In this document: positions 25,680 through 32,000 of the stretch, in pieces
Layout of the letters: the number at the start of each line of letters is the position of its first letter
Position numbering within the stretch: the stretch's first letter is position 1
Source: Cylindrospermopsis raciborskii Cr2010
GTDB taxonomy: Bacteria > Cyanobacteriota > Cyanobacteriia > Cyanobacteriales > Nostocaceae
Assembly: GCF_003367075.2 (NCBI RefSeq)
Contig: NZ_CP065936.1
Location: forward strand, 2,754,693-2,786,692
Direction: 5' to 3'
Length of the DNA stretch: 32,000 nucleotides
Translations under genes and position numbers: made by a program
The notes under the pieces: model-generated
Told to the model about the DNA's origin: nothing
The model's input: the letters and a program-made list of their open reading frames with translations, nothing else
Database searches by the model: none

Positions 25680-28256
25680 TTAGTGATCGGTTAATGCACC
25701 ACGAGTTACACCTAGTTGATTTTGTAATTTTAAGGTTTTCCAAACTTGTGAACCGGTGATTTCTCCTTGGATAAGTTGTTGGTAATAATTGATGGTTTGG
25801 GTAACCTGTTGTGGTGTTTCATGGAGAAATTCGATTCTAAAATTCTTCAACCCCACACTAATTAGTTTGTGTACATATTCTGCTCCAGTTTGTGCAGCAC
25901 TGTTATATATAGTATTTCTACATCCTGTATCTGCTTTTACTATATGCTCGCTACCTACTCTATCTCGAATTTTTAATTCCTGTTTTTCACAAGGACGACC
26001 ACAATTGGTGTAATCTGTTCCCTGGGAGAGAAAGGCACAAAATACACAGTGTTCTATATGGAACATGGGGATGTGTTGATGTATGGTCACCTCTAAAAAT
26101 TGCGGTGTGTAAGTGGTGATTAAATCTATGAGTTGATTAATATTCAAGTCATAGGAAGCAGTTAGACGTTGTAGGTTAAATTGTTTTTGAAAATAGTCCG
26201 CACTCAAAGGGTTAGCGATATTTAAAGAAAAATCACCAATACACTGGGCGTCAGCGAAATATTCCAGGTGATCATAATTTCTAACTAGGTAACCATCTGC
26301 TTGGCATTCTTTTAGCTGTTTCAAAATCCAATTTTCTCCCGGTTTAGTAATACGAGGAGGTGCAATATATAGGTTCACAGATTTCTCGGTATCTCGACAG
26401 AGTTTTACTGCGGCTTGATATTTATGAGGATCTTCAAATTCACAATATATTGTTTCAATATTTGTATCTAACACAGTCAAGAGTTGTTTCATGCTCCTGA
26501 CTAGTATTATCAAAGAAACGCCTGCATCGGTTACACTCTTATCATCTCTGACAATCTTGAGCAGATCTTGCCATTGATGATCATGATTTATCTGCCAAAC
26601 TTGGGGTTTACTTCTAAGAATTTGCAATCTTGTGACCAGTTCTCGACGCATTCTATTCAACTCACTCACAGGTAAAATCACATTACCCATAATTTTGTTT
26701 TCTAAAGTTCCTAAATGAAATGGTGTATTCCCCAAACGTCCAAATTGTTCTTGCAATTTTTCTGTAGTTAAGGGTTTAGTATGAGCCTCAACTAGCAGTA
26801 TTTCTGATTCTATTTTGACGATATTACCAATTTCATCCCCAACTATAGCTATTAATTTTTCTCCTGTTTCCCCAAATAATTCTAGATGAATTGGTTTGGT
26901 AAAATGGGGATTTTCTCCTGTGTAGGTTTGACGAATTGCTTTATCTAATTCTGGATCACTGGTTTTCCAAATCTTATCACCTATATGAATTTTCCTGGGA
27001 TTGATAGCATCCCTACCAAAAGTTAAAACTACTTCTTTTCCTTTTTGTGTGACTGTGTACACCCTCCCTCCCTCTTCTGGTAATTCTGGATGTCCACAGT
27101 CAAATACTACCCCGTCACCAGCTTTAATAGGTGCGACTATTTTTAAAGTTATTTGTTCATTTTTAATTCGCGTTACCTCTCCCACATAAACCCCGCGTTT
27201 TTTGCCAAAATTTGCATGTACCAATTCTTGATTATTAATACCTCTCAACCATCCCGTATAAAGTCCACGGGAAAAGGCCATCTCTAGGGGATACTTGTTA
27301 TAATTTTTGTAATCTTGTTTATATGTAATGTTGTGAGATGTGGCGCTTATCTGACTATTGCCTGGTTTGGCAATTTTGTCCAATGCTTGTCGATAAACTT
27401 GAGTAACGTTAGCAACGTATTCTGGTGTTTTTAATCTACCTTCAATTTTTAAAGATGTTACTCCACAGTTTACTAGTTCCGGTAATACCTCTATTCCAGA
27501 AAGATCCTGGGGACTAAGTAAATATTTGCGATTACCTAGGTCAACAATTTTTTCGTCTGCTATTAAATCATAAGGCATTCTACAAGCTTGAGCACATTCC
27601 CCTCTGTTCGCAGAGCGTCCTCCTAACGCTTCACTGGTTAAACATTGTCCAGAATAAGCAACACACAATGCACCATGTACAAATATTTCTAAAGGTAAGG
27701 GGATGTTTTTGTCTAATATTTGTTGTTGAATTTTATTAATCTCCTTAATTGAACACTCTCGTGCTAAAACAACTAATTGACATCCCAGAGATTTAGCAAA
27801 ATTCACCCCAGCAGCACTGGTAATAGTCATTTGGGTTGACCCATGAATAGGAAAATCACTAGAAAGATGACGAATCAGACGACAAATACCCACATCCTGA
27901 ACAATCACAGCATCTACACCAGCAGTAATCATGGTTTTGAGGTATTGCTCCACTTCCTGGAGTTCTGAAGTGAAAATTAAGGTGTTTAAGGTGACGTATC
28001 CCTTCACTCCCCGTAAGTGTAAAAATTCTATTAATTCCGGTAGGTCACTAATAGTAAAATTTTGCGATCGCATTCTTGCGTTAAATTTGTCTAAACCAAA
28101 ATAAATTGCATCCGCACCATTTTCTACTGCTGCTTTTGCGCATTCCCAGTCACCCGCAGGTGCTAGGAGTTCGGGGAGTTTGATGTTTTTGATGTTATGG
28201 TTTTTCATTAAGGGATTTTGATTAGAGGATTGCTGACAAAAATCTATCATACCCAA
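25680..28256 (-). CDS. U32 family protein (annotated family name: peptidase U32), long two-module form with two 4-Cys clusters
   Basis: 858 aa. U32 signature EIFVHGALCVAYSGQCLTS, giving CX6CX15CX3C (C VAYSGQ C LTSEALGGRSANRGE C AQA C). A second C-terminal cluster is HCVFCAFLSQGTDYTNCGRPC (CX2CX11CX3C). An alternative start is ATG 28208 (MKNHNIKNIKLPELLAPAGDWE). Confidence 0.85.
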   Translation of the reverse strand: MGMIDFCQQSSNQNPLMKNHNIKNIKLPELLAPAGDWECAKAAVENGADAIYFGLDKFNARMRSQNFTISDLPELIEFLHLRGVKGYVTLNTLIFTSELQEVEQYLKTMITAGVDAVIVQDVGICRLIRHLSSDFPIHGSTQMTITSAAGVNFAKSLGCQLVVLARECSIKEINKIQQQILDKNIPLPLEIFVHGALCVAYSGQCLTSEALGGRSANRGECAQACRMPYDLIADEKIVDLGNRKYLLSPQDLSGIEVLPELVNCGVTSLKIEGRLKTPEYVANVTQVYRQALDKIAKPGNSQISATSHNITYKQDYKNYNKYPLEMAFSRGLYTGWLRGINNQELVHANFGKKRGVYVGEVTRIKNEQITLKIVAPIKAGDGVVFDCGHPELPEEGGRVYTVTQKGKEVVLTFGRDAINPRKIHIGDKIWKTSDPELDKAIRQTYTGENPHFTKPIHLELFGETGEKLIAIVGDEIGNIVKIESEILLVEAHTKPLTTEKLQEQFGRLGNTPFHLGTLENKIMGNVILPVSELNRMRRELVTRLQILRSKPQVWQINHDHQWQDLLKIVRDDKSVTDAGVSLIILVRSMKQLLTVLDTNIETIYCEFEDPHKYQAAVKLCRDTEKSVNLYIAPPRITKPGENWILKQLKECQADGYLVRNYDHLEYFADAQCIGDFSLNIANPLSADYFQKQFNLQRLTASYDLNINQLIDLITTYTPQFLEVTIHQHIPMFHIEHCVFCAFLSQGTDYTNCGRPCEKQELKIRDRVGSEHIVKADTGCRNTIYNSAAQTGAEYVHKLISVGLKNFRIEFLHETPQQVTQTINYYQQLIQGEITGSQVWKTLKLQNQLGVTRGALTDH

Positions 28257-28395
28257 GATTCCTTCAGTGAATTCCCAATTTTCAATATTCAGTCATTTTT
28301 TTTAAAAAACAGTGTAAATACTGTACATAAAATCCCCGTCAAGAGATAACAATCTATATTAGATACGTTAGATATATTAAGTTTATCCAATTAAG

Positions 28396-28417
28396 CCAAT
28401 TACTCAAAAGTAATTGG
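28396..28417 (+). promoter_or_regulatory. Perfect 8-bp inverted repeat CCAATTAC-N6-GTAATTGG just upstream of the hpsA ribosome-binding site
   Basis: Seen directly in the sequence. GGGAGGGGG follows at 28422-28430 and the ATG at 28435. Its function (operator or 5'-UTR hairpin) is unknown. Confidence 0.3.
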
Positions 28418-28434
28418 GTTAGGGAGGGGGACTC

Positions 28435-31400
28435 ATGGTTATGACTAAAAAGTGTTATTCTTACCGGATCATCACCAAAAAATATGCCAAGGTGGTTGTT
28501 CAGTTTTTGCGTATTTTACGAAGAACTACAAAAAACCTAATAAGATTGTTTTTAAAAATTATTTTGAAATCTCAAAGGAGACGAAACTTAAAAAATCAAG
28601 GCTTTGTGTTGCCCACAACAACCATGGTTATCCTGGTGGTAATGTTACTAACAATGGCAATTGTATTTCGCTCCTTTGAAAGAGCTAAACATGCCCATAA
28701 TACCAAGATTAATCAAACGGTAATCAATGCAGCGACTCCTGCAATAGATAGGGGAAAAGCCAAGATTAACCAAATGTTGGCAGATCCTAGAATTACCCAA
28801 TTTTTACCTTCAGATCAAGACTTATATAATAACCTAATTAATTACCTAGACGAATATACCTTTGGTGATGAGACTAATCTGACCCTCAACTTGCAAAACT
28901 ACGAACCCTTAAAAACCGCTTGGAAATTTCCCGTAGACACTAATAACAATGGTAAATTTGACAGCTATACCCTTTATGGTATTTATTTTAAAAATCCTCC
29001 TCAAAGCAATCAGCAATACGTGCGAGCTAGAAACACTTTAGAAGCTAGATCTTTACCTATCAACCCAATCGATTTTAATTCTCGATGTCAGGATTTTACT
29101 TCAATAAGTAAAAACTTGGAAAAATTAGTAGATACAAATGGGTGGTTAATAATTGGTGGACAAATGAGAAAAGCCTTTTTTGTTTACACTGCTACAGTTC
29201 CCATTACTAGCCAGATGACCATACCCACACAAAATCAAATTAACTATGAAATATCCCCAGAAAATAAAGCATTTTATGCTTTAGAATATAAGCAAGAGAG
29301 AATTCAAATTCCATCTAGCAACAACGCCATTGTTTATGAAGATGACTTACAAATTACTGGCAATGAAGACTTCAGAATTAATGGCAGAATTTTTACCAAT
29401 AGTAACTTGTTAACCGGTTCAGCTTCCCGATCAATTAGACTCTATCAAATTAGCAGTCAGAGTTCTTGCTTTTACGAACCGGAAAACTCTAAAATTATTG
29501 TAGGTGGGAATTTAGCAGCAGGTGGATTTACAGATAATAAAGATCTATCCACAGCAACCACAGTGGATTTATTTAAGGATAAGGGCGTAAATCCACAAAC
29601 AATAGCAGGATACAACCCCAGAATTACAGACCATAAATCGGTTACCAACTCACCACAGAATATAGCCTATAATAGTTTAGCTTATATGAAAAGAATCAAT
29701 AAGTTAGTTGATAGGCAAATGGCAAATTATTTGACCACCGATCCTCAAGAAGTAAAACAGGGAATTATCAAAAAACAAAAGCAATTAGGAACAGCATATA
29801 CAACTGATCAATATGACCAAATTCGCCGTAAAGAATTGGAACTCTATTTTCAAAAACGTACCCGCCGCGTACCCTTTCAAGAAGTACCCTTTGGTAGTGA
29901 ACAGAGTGATGTAAATAAGATCGATAATCCCTTACAGAGTACTGGTGATACCCTGCGTCCCATAGATCCATGGATTTATCCATTTGCTAGCGATGGAATC
30001 ACGGGAACTAGTCATAGTCAACTATCATTAAACATCAGTGGTAATTTACTCAAACCCAGTGCAACAGAACCCATGGACCAACTACAAAAACAACTAGGGG
30101 GAGTAGAGCAGTATTTAGGAGACCGGGTTATAGTTGGTCATAATCTACCCCAAATGTGGTGGAATTATCCACAAAATCGCTTTTTTAGCACCGATATTAA
30201 CCACACTCAAAACCTCAAAGATATTAATTGGGATCTAGGTAATGAACCAAGAACTCGTTATACCACCCTGCATAACTTAGCTGGTTTAGCTGCAATAGAA
30301 AGGGATGGAGATTGGGAATATGCAGCAGCACAAGTACCTGAAAATCCACAACAGGAAAATTTCATTGGCGGTTTGCGCGTGGTGACTGGTTCTGGAATAT
30401 ATTTACCCAGAAATCATAATGCTTCTAGCACTAACTTTCTAGATGTTTCAACAAAAATTTGGTCCGATATCTTACCCATACCACAAACATCTACAGAATA
30501 TGTAAACACCACCATTAACCCCTACTGGATGTATGATTCATCCCTGGGGTTTACTTTGCCCAAACTATCTGAAATGGACATTACAACCCCCTATTTAAAA
30601 ATGCGAGCTACGGTGGTTTACCACTATAAATCTAGCAATTATCATCAGAACAATCCCACCCCCATAGCTTGTATTAGTAGTTTTTATCTTCCTACAAACA
30701 GCAACACAGCGACAAATATGATCACATTACCTAATGCGGTAGGAATAGAAAAATCCTCTCATGGACTATCTAACAATGGTATCGTTTATCCACCTCCCAC
30801 TAGAAATGTTAATGCTTATGCAAATTTACTTACATATCAAGCCCAGTTGCAATACCCTAATGGACGTTGGGTAAATGAACCTTTGAGAAATGCTTTAGCA
30901 AAAAATAACTATACCTTATCAGAAAAATCCGCTATAGATACTGCCTTATGTGCTTTACAAATCATGGATGGTAGTATAAGTCCTCTGAGTAACCCTCCCA
31001 TTCCCCATGGTGCAATTAAGGAAATAGCTTTTTTAGATTCCAGAGAAATCAGAGCTAATCAAACCTCAAATCAGGTGGATAGTAATTTACCATACGATTT
31101 ACCCCTGAGAGATAGACAACCGTTAGAAATTCGTGCTACGGTCATAGACTTAAATCAGCTACGCACAACCAGAATATCAACCGATGAGTATTTATTACCA
31201 AATAGTGGAATTATTTATGCGACTCGGGATGATGCTCTACCAGATATAAGTGGAGGAATATCTGCTAAATCAGAAAGTTCTGTGGATTATAAACTTGATC
31301 CTACTCGTCGTCCTAATGGGATCCTAATTACCACTAGTGATAGTTCACCAACTAAACTTTTCCGTAGTACAAGTAATACATTTAGAAGAGAGGAAAAGGG

Positions 31401-32000
31401 CTTGATTTTGGCTTCCAACTTACCGGTTTATATTAAAGGTGATTTCAATAGACATACCCAAGAAGAATTTACCAGTACCTTAGCAGCTGATTGGAGTAAT
31501 TTTTACAATCGTAGTCAAATAAATCATCAATTTGCTTGTCGTCCTAGTGATTCTAAACTACCCAACTGTACTGTGGGTGATGAGTGGCGAAATGCTGCCA
31601 TATTAGCAGATTCCATTACCTTACTTTCTCAGAACTTTCGATTTGGTTTTCGCAATGAAGGAGACTATGATTGGAATAATTATATTGGTGATACTGCATC
31701 CTTCAATAATCGTCCTACGAATTTTGAATATAACACTTATGCTCCCACAATAACCCAGAATTATGATATCAATGGCATACCGAATATCGATCTGGATCCC
31801 GTAACCAATGGTATACAAGGTAGTTCCTATTTTCACAACTTCGTTACCCCCATAGTTAAACAGATACCAGCTAGAGAATTTCTGTTAGAAGTTTGTCTAG
31901 TTTCTAATACTGATATATGTAACAGTGACCCAACACAATGGGTAATTAGTAGATTTTCTAGAAGTGAATACAATGGACAACCAGAAAGTAATATCGAAGG
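28435..32000 (+). CDS. hpsA: Hormogonium polysaccharide secretion protein HpsA (N-terminal >1188 aa; 3' end outside window)
   Basis: I read every codon from ATG 28435 to the window end and found no stop. In-frame stops lie at 28411 and 28420. There is a strong SD. The gene is absent from the ORF track because it is open-ended. The N-terminus has a basic leader then a pseudopilin-like hydrophobic segment (RRRNLKNQGFVLPTTTMVILVVMLLTMAIVFRSFERA), followed by a very large Asn/Thr/Pro-rich extracellular-type sequence (..IYATRDDALPD.., ..ILASNLPVYIKGDFN..). The family call is from memory of Nostoc HpsA. Confidence 0.7.
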   Translation, partial: MVMTKKCYSYRIITKKYAKVVVQFLRILRRTTKNLIRLFLKIILKSQRRRNLKNQGFVLPTTTMVILVVMLLTMAIVFRSFERAKHAHNTKINQTVINAATPAIDRGKAKINQMLADPRITQFLPSDQDLYNNLINYLDEYTFGDETNLTLNLQNYEPLKTAWKFPVDTNNNGKFDSYTLYGIYFKNPPQSNQQYVRARNTLEARSLPINPIDFNSRCQDFTSISKNLEKLVDTNGWLIIGGQMRKAFFVYTATVPITSQMTIPTQNQINYEISPENKAFYALEYKQERIQIPSSNNAIVYEDDLQITGNEDFRINGRIFTNSNLLTGSASRSIRLYQISSQSSCFYEPENSKIIVGGNLAAGGFTDNKDLSTATTVDLFKDKGVNPQTIAGYNPRITDHKSVTNSPQNIAYNSLAYMKRINKLVDRQMANYLTTDPQEVKQGIIKKQKQLGTAYTTDQYDQIRRKELELYFQKRTRRVPFQEVPFGSEQSDVNKIDNPLQSTGDTLRPIDPWIYPFASDGITGTSHSQLSLNISGNLLKPSATEPMDQLQKQLGGVEQYLGDRVIVGHNLPQMWWNYPQNRFFSTDINHTQNLKDINWDLGNEPRTRYTTLHNLAGLAAIERDGDWEYAAAQVPENPQQENFIGGLRVVTGSGIYLPRNHNASSTNFLDVSTKIWSDILPIPQTSTEYVNTTINPYWMYDSSLGFTLPKLSEMDITTPYLKMRATVVYHYKSSNYHQNNPTPIACISSFYLPTNSNTATNMITLPNAVGIEKSSHGLSNNGIVYPPPTRNVNAYANLLTYQAQLQYPNGRWVNEPLRNALAKNNYTLSEKSAIDTALCALQIMDGSISPLSNPPIPHGAIKEIAFLDSREIRANQTSNQVDSNLPYDLPLRDRQPLEIRATVIDLNQLRTTRISTDEYLLPNSGIIYATRDDALPDISGGISAKSESSVDYKLDPTRRPNGILITTSDSSPTKLFRSTSNTFRREEKGLILASNLPVYIKGDFNRHTQEEFTSTLAADWSNFYNRSQINHQFACRPSDSKLPNCTVGDEWRNAAILADSITLLSQNFRFGFRNEGDYDWNNYIGDTASFNNRPTNFEYNTYAPTITQNYDINGIPNIDLDPVTNGIQGSSYFHNFVTPIVKQIPAREFLLEVCLVSNTDICNSDPTQWVISRFSRSEYNGQPESNIE

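Noticed and set aside
28266-28322. Possible SigJ-type J-box (GGGAATACT-like): gtaaatact at 28314-28322 on the + strand, and GGGAATTCACT on the - strand at 28266-28276
   Set aside because: The matches are only partial (6/9, or requiring a 2-nt insertion). My recall of the consensus and its required position is uncertain, and no transcription-start information is available.
28452-28679. 75-aa ORF from the supplied track
   Set aside because: It is out of frame within the 5' end of the much longer hpsA frame, which starts at 28435 with a strong SD.
29768-31836. Two 71-aa minus-strand ORFs (29768-29983, 31621-31836)
   Set aside because: They are antisense shadows inside the uninterrupted hpsA reading frame.

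Overview
This window looks like a chromosomal segment of a filamentous, Nostocales-like cyanobacterium. It is AT-rich by eye and carries at least ten perfect HIP1 octamers (GCGATCGC). It also carries cyanobacteria-typical genes (chlD, Ctp protease, COP23 family, hpsA, DUF4335) and a GTTGGGTT-N9-AACCCAAC hairpin repeat. All family calls come from motif recognition by eye; no searches were run.

- **1-11.3 kb, housekeeping:** a partial hypothetical gene, a DUF4335-like gene, chlD, a Cas4-like Fe-S PD-(D/E)XK nuclease, recJ, an S41 C-terminal processing protease, a REC+LuxR response regulator, dnaN and a 2-Cys peroxiredoxin.
- **11.4-20.7 kb, ten minus-strand genes whose products all start with signal-peptide-like segments:** a Pro-rich secreted protein, a putative beta-barrel protein, two trypsin-fold proteases (one fused to six TPRs), five tandem COP23-family paralogs and a DUF1565/parallel beta-helix protein.
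- **20.7-32 kb:** a zinc-finger-less DnaJ-like protein, glgC, an 85-bp tandem repeat array, a GH13 alpha-amylase-family enzyme and a two-cluster U32 family protein. The last gene is an ORF of more than 1188 codons that runs off the window end. It is absent from the supplied ORF track, and I recognise it as HpsA (hormogonium polysaccharide secretion).

No rRNA, tRNA, CRISPR, transposase or integrase was seen.

The best candidate for an undescribed system is the COP23 / beta-helix / S1-protease island. Its members share basic Pro/Gly-rich C-terminal tails, and two of its genes carry a duplicated palindrome-bearing leader.
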